DNA of 38,478 nucleotides, from the NCBI GenBank assembly GCA_964576705.1, contig CAZNVI010000003.1, positions 4,141 to 42,618 of the forward strand. Direction: 5' to 3'. The position numbers and the translations under genes were made by a program. The notes under the pieces are model-generated. The model was given only the letters and a program-made list of their open reading frames with translations. It did not search any database and was not told the origin of the DNA. Of the stretch, positions 25,557 through 34,989 are shown piece after piece. The stretch is from an uncultured Gammaproteobacteria bacterium. Lineage in GTDB: Bacteria > Patescibacteriota > Microgenomatia > Levybacterales > UBA12049. The stretch's first letter is position 1. Each line of letters opens with the position of its first letter.

Positions 25557-25779
25557 AGCTTATCATTTGTAATCTTCCAAACTGCAAATACACTTCATAG
25601 CTGATAAAGTCATCATTTAATACTTATGATGCTACCAAGCGAACAACTATTGCTTTTCTTGAATTAATTTTTTAAACAACTTTGAGGCTGAATCCATAAG
25701 TCACTATCGCCATAAGAACCATGTTATGTACGAAGTATAGTAGAAGTATCAAAGAATTCTGTAGCTTAAGTTAAGAAGG

Positions 25780-27342
25780 TTATTCCCTAAAAGGCGTCAT
25801 TTTTATAACGGTCACGACAGACACAGGCCATTCCCCGACAATCTGCGCCCTACCAAAACCAGCAACTTCCCATTTCCCGCTCCCTAGCGGATGACAAAAA
25901 TCTTTTGGCTTTTCGCAGACAATTAATAACTGATTACTCACCGTATCACGCTTAGGATCTAATACATCATTTTTTATCTCAATTGGAGGCTTTCCCGCTA
26001 ATTCAAGAAAATATCGATATGCATGATCTGAGTTACCATCAGACAATAAAGCAAAGTTATAAGGCTGATTATCAGTTTTTGATAATACAAAATCGGCTAT
26101 TTTTTTTACTTGATCTTTTTGTCGATTCGGAGAAAATTTAAAAGGATTAGCGTTTATGTTTACTATAAAAAGAATCAAAAATGATAAAGTCGCGACAAAT
26201 TTACCTATATTTTTCCAGTCTTTACTTCTAAATAAAGTGGTAATGGTATTTGAAACAAGTAAAAACGGAAGCGGAAACATGAATCCCAAGTAGTAATCAT
26301 AAATGTCCTTACGGTAAAAACCGAATAACAGAATTCCACCAAAACTCCACATAATAAATAATAACCTTACCAATCTATCTTTTATTTTAAATATCAATAA
26401 TATTGACGCAATACCTAATGCAATAGTCAAAAAATGCCAAACTCGAAGCATGGGATCGGAGCTTATAGTAGATGAATCGTTTGTAGGGAAATTAGTAACC
26501 AATCTATCAAATAATTTTAAAAAGACTATATAAAGGTTATTGAAAAATCCGTAATTTGGTGACGGTATACTTTCCGGATTTCCGAAAATTAAAAAGTTAT
26601 AAATCGTTCTGAGATTGGGAAAACTATGTTTTAATTCAAACGCTAAAAAGGGAGCCCAGCCAATTATAAAACCTAAGACTTCAAAGGATATACTTTTGAG
26701 AACTAACGTAAATTTTCTTGTTTTCACATTTATAAAAAGACCAAAAAATGTGAAAACAAATAATATTATGCCCAGAAAAACCGCAAGATATTGAAGCTGC
26801 ATGGCGATACCCAATAATACTCCGGATGCTAAAAAAAGCTTCATAGAATTATCCTTAATGGCTTTATATGCCAGATAAAGAACCAATAGAGCTACTAATG
26901 GCATCGGGTTCGGATTCCAGCTTGATCTAGAATAAGCTATCACTATCGGCGAAACTGAATATAAAGATGCAGCAATAATCCCGGTTAATGTACCAAAAAA
27001 CTCTTTCCCGATTCGGTATACTAGATAAACCGTTATTATTCCCAATATAGCAATAAATATAGCTGGCCCTACAGGGTCGTAATTAAACAACAATAAAAAA
27101 GGAGTAATTAGGTAAAAATATATCGGGCCATAGTAAAAATCTGCAGCAGAAGAACGCGGACCTAAAAAAACCAAGTTGCCTGAAAGAATTTTTCTTACTT
27201 CTAATAAGTCTCTTCCTTCATCTCCGAGGAAAGTCATGTACTCGCTGATTCGATAAAGTCTTAAAAATGACGCTAGAAGTAGAATAAAGAATAATATGAT
27301 TACAAATTTATTTTTTTGTAAAAAATTTATATACTTAAACAT
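25780..27342 (-). CDS. GT-C fold glycosyltransferase (GT39/GT83-like; PMT/ArnT-type, polyprenyl-phosphate-sugar dependent)
   Basis: 520 aa with more than 10 TM helices. Acidic DE dyad in the first loop (MTFLGDEGRDL) and a soluble C-terminal domain. Overlaps the upstream GT2 gene by 8 nt. Confidence 0.75.
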   Translation of the reverse strand: MFKYINFLQKNKFVIILFFILLLASFLRLYRISEYMTFLGDEGRDLLEVRKILSGNLVFLGPRSSAADFYYGPIYFYLITPFLLLFNYDPVGPAIFIAILGIITVYLVYRIGKEFFGTLTGIIAASLYSVSPIVIAYSRSSWNPNPMPLVALLVLYLAYKAIKDNSMKLFLASGVLLGIAMQLQYLAVFLGIILFVFTFFGLFINVKTRKFTLVLKSISFEVLGFIIGWAPFLAFELKHSFPNLRTIYNFLIFGNPESIPSPNYGFFNNLYIVFLKLFDRLVTNFPTNDSSTISSDPMLRVWHFLTIALGIASILLIFKIKDRLVRLLFIMWSFGGILLFGFYRKDIYDYYLGFMFPLPFLLVSNTITTLFRSKDWKNIGKFVATLSFLILFIVNINANPFKFSPNRQKDQVKKIADFVLSKTDNQPYNFALLSDGNSDHAYRYFLELAGKPPIEIKNDVLDPKRDTVSNQLLIVCEKPKDFCHPLGSGKWEVAGFGRAQIVGEWPVSVVTVIKMTPFRE

Positions 27343-28498
27343 TTTTTTCTAAACGGTCTGTTCTCCAGATTATTTTGTTGTAAATAAAATAGTTTAGCGG
27401 TATTACTATAAATATTATAGTAGGAATCAAAATCGCTATTCGCGTAGGAATCTCAAATGAGAATATATAAACTGTCGAACCTAATAAATATTCCGCAATA
27501 ACATAAGCAATGAATTGGATGACGATAGCGCTGAAAGAAGTAAGATTAAATTTTAAAAAACGAATCAAGAAATTACCTCTTTCCTCAACTTTACCTGTGT
27601 CGCTAAAAGTCCAAAAGTTATTGAATAAAAAATTTGAAATAATCGCTGATTCAGCGCCGATTGCTACAGCTGCCGGATTTGAAGCTCCCAGTATAACCGA
27701 AGCCTCTTGCATTATTAGTTGTACTATAAATCCTGTACCTCCCACGAAAAGAAATTTAATCAATCTCTGGAGCTCTATTACTCTAGTCACAATCACGAAT
27801 TGAAGAATATCAAATATATAATCTAGCGGTGCAATCTTAGAATTACCCAATTTTCTATCCGAAAAATGAACAGGTACTTCTGCAATTTTAAAACCTGCTC
27901 TCACTACTTTATGGAGAAACGCAATCTGAAAGATATACCCGTCAAATCCTTTCATTTGCGGAGCTACGCTTAAAAATACGTCTTTCTTAATTGCCCTGAA
28001 TCCTCCCGTCCAATCATGTTGATTAAAAAGGCCGAAAACAGTTCTTACAAAGTTGTTGGCTACTATTGAAAAAAGTTTTCGTTGTAGTGGCCAATTTTCA
28101 GGTATCGACCCCCCATTGCTATATCTTGTTTGTACCACCATATCATAACCTTGATCAATTATATCTACAAACTTCTGTATGTCACGAGGGTCAAACTGAA
28201 AGTCGGCATCTATACTTATAACTATATCTGCTCCTCTTTTTTCGATTGCATCACTCATAACGCGAATATACGCTGCGCCAAGTCCTTTCTTATCTCCGAC
28301 ATTTATATCCAGGTTTTTGTATTTCTTCATTAACTTCCGAACAACATCTGCGGTGCCATCAGGAGAATTATCATCTGCTACGAGGATATTCATCTTATGG
28401 TTTTTTATTTTTGGAAAAACTTCCTCCTCCATGACTGTAATCAATTTCTCGATGTTATCTTTTTCGTTATATGTTGCAGGGATTACAAATATTTTCAT
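27335..28498 (-). CDS. GT2 polyprenyl-phosphate glycosyltransferase (DPM1/GtrB/ArnC-like) fused to a GtrA-like membrane domain
   Basis: IPATYNEKDNI, ADDNSPDGT and DxD in SIDADFQFDP. The C-terminal 4-TM region FLFVGGTGFIVQ...NFLFNNFWTF is typical of GtrA. Confidence 0.85.
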   Translation of the reverse strand: MKIFVIPATYNEKDNIEKLITVMEEEVFPKIKNHKMNILVADDNSPDGTADVVRKLMKKYKNLDINVGDKKGLGAAYIRVMSDAIEKRGADIVISIDADFQFDPRDIQKFVDIIDQGYDMVVQTRYSNGGSIPENWPLQRKLFSIVANNFVRTVFGLFNQHDWTGGFRAIKKDVFLSVAPQMKGFDGYIFQIAFLHKVVRAGFKIAEVPVHFSDRKLGNSKIAPLDYIFDILQFVIVTRVIELQRLIKFLFVGGTGFIVQLIMQEASVILGASNPAAVAIGAESAIISNFLFNNFWTFSDTGKVEERGNFLIRFLKFNLTSFSAIVIQFIAYVIAEYLLGSTVYIFSFEIPTRIAILIPTIIFIVIPLNYFIYNKIIWRTDRLEKNV

Positions 28499-28502
28499 AA
28501 AA

Positions 28503-29477
28503 TTAAGAAGCGAAAGCTTTGCCTTTGTGACCCTCCTTAAGATGATCTATCATCATCCTTAGTCCTTCTTCAAGTTTTACTTTTGGCTCCCAGCCCAGAA
28601 GAGCTTTTGCCTTAGAAATATCTGGGCGTCGCTGCTTTGGATCATCCTTAGGCAAATCTTCGCTGCTTTTAATCTCGCTCTCTGAGACAGTTAGCTCTTT
28701 CACCAGTTTTGCATATTCCAAAACTGTGCACTCTTCTTCAGAGCCAATATTCACAACTTCGGTATTTGTATTAGGATAAAACATCAAGCGCATTAATCCT
28801 TCAACGGTATCTTCTACATAACATAACGATCTTGTTTGCGTCCCATCACCGAAAATATTAATTGGATCTCCATACAAAGCGTTGTATATAAAATCAACTA
28901 TCATTCGCTTATCATCCATCCTCATTTTTGGGCCGTAGGTGTTGAATATACGAGCAATGCGTGCATCCACCCCTTTTCTCCAAAAGTGAGCTACAATGGT
29001 TTCTCCAAATCTTTTCGCTTCATCATAAACAGACCGAGGACCTGTGGTTGATACATTTCCCCGATAATCTTCTTTCTGCGGATGCTCTAAGGGATCACCG
29101 TAAACTTCAGAGGTCGAAGTATATAAAAACCTGGCCTTGTTTCTTTCTGCAAATTTAAGCAATTCAAGTGTTCCTGTTGTATTGGCAAGCATAGTTTGCA
29201 TGGGAAGATTATGATAACTAATAGGACTGTGATGATTTGGTGAGGCAGGCGAAGCTAGATGAAATACAGCATCTGCAGTAATATTTTCGGGGAGAGGATT
29301 TATGACGTCGAACTCTAAAAACTGAAAATTTTCATTTGATCTAAGATGCGCAATATTCTCAGCATTACCTGTAAGTAAATTATCAACGCAAATTACTTTC
29401 TTTTTTGATTTTAATAGAAGATCGCACAAATGCGAGCCTATAAATCCAGCTCCACCGGTTACAATTATATTTTCCAT
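28503..29477 (-). CDS. UDP-glucuronate decarboxylase (UDP-xylose synthase-like SDR)
   Basis: VTGGAGFIGSHLCD, YDEAKR (YxxxK) and RIFNTYGPKM. Confidence 0.8.
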   Translation of the reverse strand: MENIIVTGGAGFIGSHLCDLLLKSKKKVICVDNLLTGNAENIAHLRSNENFQFLEFDVINPLPENITADAVFHLASPASPNHHSPISYHNLPMQTMLANTTGTLELLKFAERNKARFLYTSTSEVYGDPLEHPQKEDYRGNVSTTGPRSVYDEAKRFGETIVAHFWRKGVDARIARIFNTYGPKMRMDDKRMIVDFIYNALYGDPINIFGDGTQTRSLCYVEDTVEGLMRLMFYPNTNTEVVNIGSEEECTVLEYAKLVKELTVSESEIKSSEDLPKDDPKQRRPDISKAKALLGWEPKVKLEEGLRMMIDHLKEGHKGKAFAS

Positions 29478-29573
29478 TGCTCATTTACCATTTTCCATCC
29501 AATTTTAAATTGATCAATTCGTAGAATACGAAAAGGGAATTAAATGAGAAATGGAAGCTGGAAAATGGAAAAT

Positions 29574-30545
29574 CTAGCTATTTCTCTTCTCCATTTCAAT
29601 ATCCGCTTCAACCATCATTTTTACCAAATCCGGAAAAGATGTTTTCGGAGTCCAAGAAAGTTTTTCTTTTGCCTTACTATAATCACCGATTAAATTATCT
29701 ACTTCTGCGGGACGCATAAAAGCAGGATCATTTGTAATAACATAATCCTGCCAATTTTTAATCCCGATAACCTCGAAAGCTTTCTGTACAAATTCCTCAA
29801 CACTGTGGTTCTCGCCTGTGGATATTACATAATCATCAGGCTTATCCTGTTGAAGCATTAACCACATAGCCTCTACATAATCCCCGGCAAATCCCCAATC
29901 TCTCTTGGAATCTAAATTTCCGAGAGTCAATTTTTCTGTCATCCCTAAACTAATTCTGGCTACGGTATTACTAATTTTTCGAGTGACGAATTCCAGCCCG
30001 CGCCTTGGCGACTCATGATTGAAAAGAATTCCTGATACTGCAAACATGTCATAACTTTCACGATAATTAACTGTAATATAGTGTCCGTATACTTTCGCGA
30101 CACCATAAGGCGACCTTGGATAGAAGCGGGTAGTTTCTTTCTGTGGAGTTTCTGTTACTTTCCCGAACATCTCTGAGCTTGAAGCCTGGTAAAATTTAAT
30201 TTGTTTATTTACTTGCCGTATGGCATCAAGCATACGTGTCACACCGAGCGCTGTAAATTCCCCGGTTAGCACTGGCTGACTCCATGAGGCTTTGACGAAT
30301 GACTGAGCAGCCAGATTATAAACCTCATCCGGCTCTGATTCAATTAATGCATCAGCTAGAGAAGCCTGATCTAGCAAATCACCCGGTATCAATTTAATTT
30401 GATGAGAAATGTGTTGGAAATTCTGGACATTCGGCGTACTAAGCCTCCGTACTAGACCACTAACGATGTAGCCTTTCTTTAACAAAAACTCAGCTAGATA
30501 TGAGCCGTCTTGACCTGTAATACCAGTAATTAATGCTTTTTTCAT
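29574..30545 (-). CDS. gmd: GDP-mannose 4,6-dehydratase
   Basis: [29 protein letters not shown] and [10 protein letters not shown]. Confidence 0.92.
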   Translation of the reverse strand: MKKALITGITGQDGSYLAEFLLKKGYIVSGLVRRLSTPNVQNFQHISHQIKLIPGDLLDQASLADALIESEPDEVYNLAAQSFVKASWSQPVLTGEFTALGVTRMLDAIRQVNKQIKFYQASSSEMFGKVTETPQKETTRFYPRSPYGVAKVYGHYITVNYRESYDMFAVSGILFNHESPRRGLEFVTRKISNTVARISLGMTEKLTLGNLDSKRDWGFAGDYVEAMWLMLQQDKPDDYVISTGENHSVEEFVQKAFEVIGIKNWQDYVITNDPAFMRPAEVDNLIGDYSKAKEKLSWTPKTSFPDLVKMMVEADIEMEKRNS

Positions 30546-30556
30546 ACTTTATGATT

Positions 30557-31522
30557 TTATACGACTTTTCTCCAATAGTCCAGTAAATCTAACAAGGTTT
30601 GCTCAATTTTTACTTCAGGATTCCATTTTGTCGCTTGTTTAAATTTAGCGGGATTACATCTTAACTCAGGAACATCACTTGGTCGAAAAAGACTAATATC
30701 TGACTCGACTCTTATTTCCGTTTTAGAAAAAGTTAATAGTTGATCAAGTATTTCTTTGATGGTATATGATTTTCCGGTACCTATATTATATTCTTCTCCG
30801 GGAGTACAATTTTCTGATGCCAGTAAATATGCATTAACCATATCCCGAACATCAGTAAAATCACGCCTAGCTTCTAAGTTTCCGACTTTTAATACAGGCT
30901 CTGATTTTCCTTTCTCGATATCTGCTATAGATTTTGCAAATCTAGATACTGAAATCCCCGGTGATAATCTGGGTCCGATATGGTTAAACGGTCTAAGTCT
31001 TATTATAGGCATCTTATATGCTAAAAAATAACTCAACCCCAAATAGTCTTGCGCAATTTTAGACACTGAGTATGGATTATCAGGCTTAAAAGACACATTT
31101 TCATCTATCGGCAAATCAGAAATGTCCACAAGACCGTATACATGTGCTGACGAAATGATGACTACACGGGTTTGTAATAAATTATTTCTTCTAAGAGCTT
31201 CTAATAAATTAACTTCTGATGAGATGTTATTTACAAGAACTTCTGAAGGATTCTTAAAACTGTCAGCTACATTTGTAGATGCAGCAAGGTGATACACCAC
31301 ATCCGGAAGGATTTCTGCAACTACTTTATTTACCTCTTCGCTTTCCAAAAGATTTACCTTAAATAACTTAATTTTATCTTTTATCCCTGCCAGGTTATCT
31401 ACTTGACGATCTGAAATATGGGTACCATAGACCTCAAACTCTGACTCTGAAGAAAGAAGTTCTGCTAGATGGCTTCCTGCAAATCCAGTTATTCCGGTAA
31501 TTAATACTTTTTTTCTATTCAT
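30557..31522 (-). CDS. GDP-4-dehydro-6-deoxy-D-mannose reductase-like SDR (Rmd-like)
   Basis: VLITGITGFAGSHLAELL, YSVSK and GNLEARRDFTDVRD. Adjacent to gmd. Confidence 0.65.
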   Translation of the reverse strand: MNRKKVLITGITGFAGSHLAELLSSESEFEVYGTHISDRQVDNLAGIKDKIKLFKVNLLESEEVNKVVAEILPDVVYHLAASTNVADSFKNPSEVLVNNISSEVNLLEALRRNNLLQTRVVIISSAHVYGLVDISDLPIDENVSFKPDNPYSVSKIAQDYLGLSYFLAYKMPIIRLRPFNHIGPRLSPGISVSRFAKSIADIEKGKSEPVLKVGNLEARRDFTDVRDMVNAYLLASENCTPGEEYNIGTGKSYTIKEILDQLLTFSKTEIRVESDISLFRPSDVPELRCNPAKFKQATKWNPEVKIEQTLLDLLDYWRKVV

Positions 31523-31523
31523 T

Positions 31524-32057
31524 TTAGTAAAATGTTTCTTTAAACTTCCTCATTATAACATTAAAATCAGGGTACGTAATTTTTTCTATGGCTTCATCCA
31601 GATCAAACCATCCTGCTGAATTGAATTCTCTTAATTCATATTTGAAACTCTCTTGTCTATCCATATACACAACATAAAACAAGTCAAAGTGCTTTCTACA
31701 GATTCCAGTTGGAATACAGCTAGTGACATTCGCTTCAAATAATTTAATCTTCTCATTAGTAAGTTTAAACCCTAATTCTTCACTAAATTCACGCTTTACC
31801 GCCATTATTGGACCCTCATTGAGATCAATATGACCACCCGGAGGTGACCAGATACCTGCTTTAATATGATCGACTATATAAATCGTTCTCGATTTACGTT
31901 CATATGGTACAAACAAGACGCAGAAGTGACTTTCCGGATTTTGTGGCTTTGTAAACGGAACTCCCTGATCTATTCTTTTTTTGAATCCGGCAATGGTTTT
32001 TTGGTTGACTAAGTTTAATCTATCTAATTCTTCTATTATTGAGGGTATGGAGTCCAT
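31524..32057 (-). CDS. NUDIX hydrolase embedded in the sugar operon
   Basis: Nudix box GGHIDLNEGPIMAVKREFSEELGF. A 1-nt gap separates it from the Rmd-like gene. Confidence 0.75.
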   Translation of the reverse strand: MDSIPSIIEELDRLNLVNQKTIAGFKKRIDQGVPFTKPQNPESHFCVLFVPYERKSRTIYIVDHIKAGIWSPPGGHIDLNEGPIMAVKREFSEELGFKLTNEKIKLFEANVTSCIPTGICRKHFDLFYVVYMDRQESFKYELREFNSAGWFDLDEAIEKITYPDFNVIMRKFKETFY

Positions 32058-32081
32058 TTAATTTATGTACCGGATTATTAT

Positions 32082-33398
32082 TTACCTTCCAACGCCGAGG
32101 TAATTGAATCCGAGAGCCTTAGCTTTGCTTGGATCATATATATTTCTTCCGTCAATAATATTTGGTTTACTCATTTCCTGTTTAAGCTTATATAAATCCA
32201 GTTCTTTAAATTCATTCCACTCAGTCATTAAAATCACAAGCTCCGCATCGCGAGCTGCTTCATATGAATTTGTCATATATGAAACATTCCTTAAATCAGA
32301 TAATTTAGCCATTGCATTTTCTGTCGCTACGGGATCATATGCACGTATCAAAGCGCCATCGTGAGCTAATTGCTCAATAACAGAAATCGAAGGCGCATCC
32401 CGCATATCATCAGTATCCGGCTTAAATGATAAGCCTAAAACACCAATCCTTTTTCCCTTCACAGACCCGCTTAATATTTTTCTTGCTTTGTCTGTAATAC
32501 CATTTATGGCATCTAGATTTATAGATTCTACTTCTTTAAGTAACTTAAAATCGTATCCTGAATTTCCAGCTATAGCGATAAGAGCTTTAACATCTTTAGG
32601 AAAACAGCTTCCGCCATAGCCTGCTCCCGCATTAAGAAATGCTGCGCCTATGCGCTTATCCTGACCGATAGCTTCAAGTACTGCGGGTCCGTCTGCTCCC
32701 AATTTTTCTGATAACTGAGCAATTGCATTCGCAAAAGAAATTTTCGTAGCTAAGAACGCATTTGATGCGTATTTAATCATTTCTGCAGTAGGAACATTTG
32801 TTAAGACTAAGGAAACTTTACTACCGTTTGTCATAATAGGTTTATGGAGTTCGACAAGTAGATCTTTAGCTTTTTTTGAATCCGAGCCGATCACTACGCG
32901 ATCAGGGTGTAATGTATCTGATATAGCTTGGCCTTCACGCAGAAATTCAGGTATTGATGCATAATCAAACTCTGACTTCTTAGGTTTTACTTTTTCTATG
33001 ATATTTCGAACATTTTCACTGGTACCTACAGGAACTGTGCTTTTTGTAATTACAACTGTATATTTGTCCAGGTGCTTACCTAATTTTTCAGCTACATTGT
33101 AGACTACTGACAAATCTGCTTCACCATTATCTTTCGGAGGCGTACCTACTGCTATAAACACTACATCTGAAGCGGGAATAGCAGGCGTGTAATCAAGAGT
33201 AAAAAGCAATCTTCCTGCTTTTACATTTCTTTTCACCAATTCCTGTAATCCCGGTTCATAAATAGGAATGATTCCTTTTTTCAAATTCTCAATTTTTGAC
33301 GGTGTATGGCCGATGACCCAAACAGTATTTCCCAAGTCAGCAAAAACTGCAGCTGTAACTAAACCCACATAGCCATGTCCGATAAATGTAATTGTCAT
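32082..33398 (-). CDS. ugd: UDP-glucose 6-dehydrogenase
   Basis: The start was moved to ATG 33398 (MTITFIGHGYVGLVTAA Rossmann motif). Catalytic GGSCFPKD. Confidence 0.9.
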   Translation of the reverse strand: MTITFIGHGYVGLVTAAVFADLGNTVWVIGHTPSKIENLKKGIIPIYEPGLQELVKRNVKAGRLLFTLDYTPAIPASDVVFIAVGTPPKDNGEADLSVVYNVAEKLGKHLDKYTVVITKSTVPVGTSENVRNIIEKVKPKKSEFDYASIPEFLREGQAISDTLHPDRVVIGSDSKKAKDLLVELHKPIMTNGSKVSLVLTNVPTAEMIKYASNAFLATKISFANAIAQLSEKLGADGPAVLEAIGQDKRIGAAFLNAGAGYGGSCFPKDVKALIAIAGNSGYDFKLLKEVESINLDAINGITDKARKILSGSVKGKRIGVLGLSFKPDTDDMRDAPSISVIEQLAHDGALIRAYDPVATENAMAKLSDLRNVSYMTNSYEAARDAELVILMTEWNEFKELDLYKLKQEMSKPNIIDGRNIYDPSKAKALGFNYLGVGR

Positions 33399-33437
33399 AT
33401 AATTAATATACAAATAATAAAACTTGCTAATTTAGCA

Positions 33438-34466
33438 TCAATTATTTGAAACTGCTTCTTTAGAATATTGCTTTTCGTAATATTCTTTATATGCGCCCGA
33501 TTTTATATCTTTCCACCAGCCCTGATTATTCTTGTACCATTCAATAGTCTTTTCGAGCCATTCATCAAAACTCTGCATCGGCTCCCAACCAAGTTCATTT
33601 TTTATTTTCGTCCAATCCACAGCATATCTTCGATCATGTCCTGGTCTATCCTTTACGAATTCAATCATATTCTCAGATTGTCCTAATAAATGCAATATCT
33701 TTTTTGCAACTGTAAGATTATTCACATCTTCTGTCAACCCCCCTACGCAATAAGTCTCGCCTGTTTTGCCTTTTTGCAAGATAAGCTCAATCGCCCGACA
33801 ATGATCTTCAACATACAGCCAATCTCTGACATATAATCCGTCTCCATAAATCGGAATTTTTTTGCCTTCCAGAAGATTTGTAATAGCAAGAGATATAACT
33901 TTTTCGGGAAATTGAAATGGACCGAAATTGTTTGAACAGTTAGAAATAGTTATAGGTAAATTGAAAGTATCGAAATACGCACGGACCAGGTGATCAGAGC
34001 CTGCTTTACTCGCAGAATAAGGACTATGAGGATTATATGGAGTGTTTTCATCAAACCTCTTGCTGGAATCAAGGGGCAATTCTCCGAAGACCTCATCTGT
34101 AGAAACATGATGAAAACGCTTTACACTATTCTTTAATGCAACATCGAGTAGAACCTGTGTGCCGACTACATTTGTCATTACGAAATTTGCAGGCTCCATA
34201 ATTGAACGGTCCACATGACTTTCAGCAGCAAAGTGAATAACGGTATCGACACCTTCCATTGCCTTTGATACAGCATTAGCATCGCAAATATCAGCTTGAA
34301 TAAATAAAAAATTTGGATTACCTTGAACCGATTTAAGATTTTCTAAGTTCCCTGCATAAGTTAATTTATCCAAATTAACGATTGAATCTTCGGGATGGTT
34401 TTTCATCCAATAAAGGATAAAATTAGACCCTATAAAACCAGCACCCCCTGTAACAAGTAATTTCAT
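33438..34466 (-). CDS. rfbB: dTDP-glucose 4,6-dehydratase
   Basis: LVTGGAGFIGSNF, HVSTDEVFG, YSASKA and SNCSNNFGP. Confidence 0.92.
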   Translation of the reverse strand: MKLLVTGGAGFIGSNFILYWMKNHPEDSIVNLDKLTYAGNLENLKSVQGNPNFLFIQADICDANAVSKAMEGVDTVIHFAAESHVDRSIMEPANFVMTNVVGTQVLLDVALKNSVKRFHHVSTDEVFGELPLDSSKRFDENTPYNPHSPYSASKAGSDHLVRAYFDTFNLPITISNCSNNFGPFQFPEKVISLAITNLLEGKKIPIYGDGLYVRDWLYVEDHCRAIELILQKGKTGETYCVGGLTEDVNNLTVAKKILHLLGQSENMIEFVKDRPGHDRRYAVDWTKIKNELGWEPMQSFDEWLEKTIEWYKNNQGWWKDIKSGAYKEYYEKQYSKEAVSNN

Positions 34467-34552
34467 ATTTTTCTTTTTTTACGATTTATACCTATCGGTA
34501 GATTCGATGTAAATTTATAGGGACTAAGGATCATTTTTTTAATAGTTATCAA

Positions 34553-34987
34553 TTATTTTACAATCCCCTGTCTCAATTCTTCTTCTGTATATTCTACTTG
34601 CTCGTCTTTCAAATTCGGGTCATAAGCAGGATCCGGAAAGTTAATAAAAAATGCTTCCTCTGTCCCTTCATTGACCAATAAAGTCGCGACGTCTTTCGGG
34701 ATAAATAATCGCTTTGGAGTAGCACCCTCAAGAACATATTCCTCTTTTTCTGATTCAGGTGTCCCAGGTCGCCATAATACAATTTTTACTTTTCCAACAA
34801 CTGGAAAATATCTCGCAGCACGAACGCGATGTAAATGATATCCCTTTGAACTCCCTGGCTTCACAGAAGTCATATAAACCAGAGTCTTATCGCCATCGAC
34901 AAATAACTCCTTTAATGAACCATTTGCATTGCCGGCATGGTCATATGTAACGACTACTTTTGCTTCTTCTGAAGTTCCTAGTGCCAT
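34553..34987 (-). CDS. small cupin-fold protein, possible dTDP-4-keto-6-deoxyhexose epimerase/isomerase (RmlC/FdtA-like)
   Basis: 144 aa. The beta-rich sequence with GYHLHR and its operon position between rfbA and rfbB are the only evidence. Confidence 0.45.
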   Translation of the reverse strand: MALGTSEEAKVVVTYDHAGNANGSLKELFVDGDKTLVYMTSVKPGSSKGYHLHRVRAARYFPVVGKVKIVLWRPGTPESEKEEYVLEGATPKRLFIPKDVATLLVNEGTEEAFFINFPDPAYDPNLKDEQVEYTEEELRQGIVK

Positions 34988-34989
34988 AA

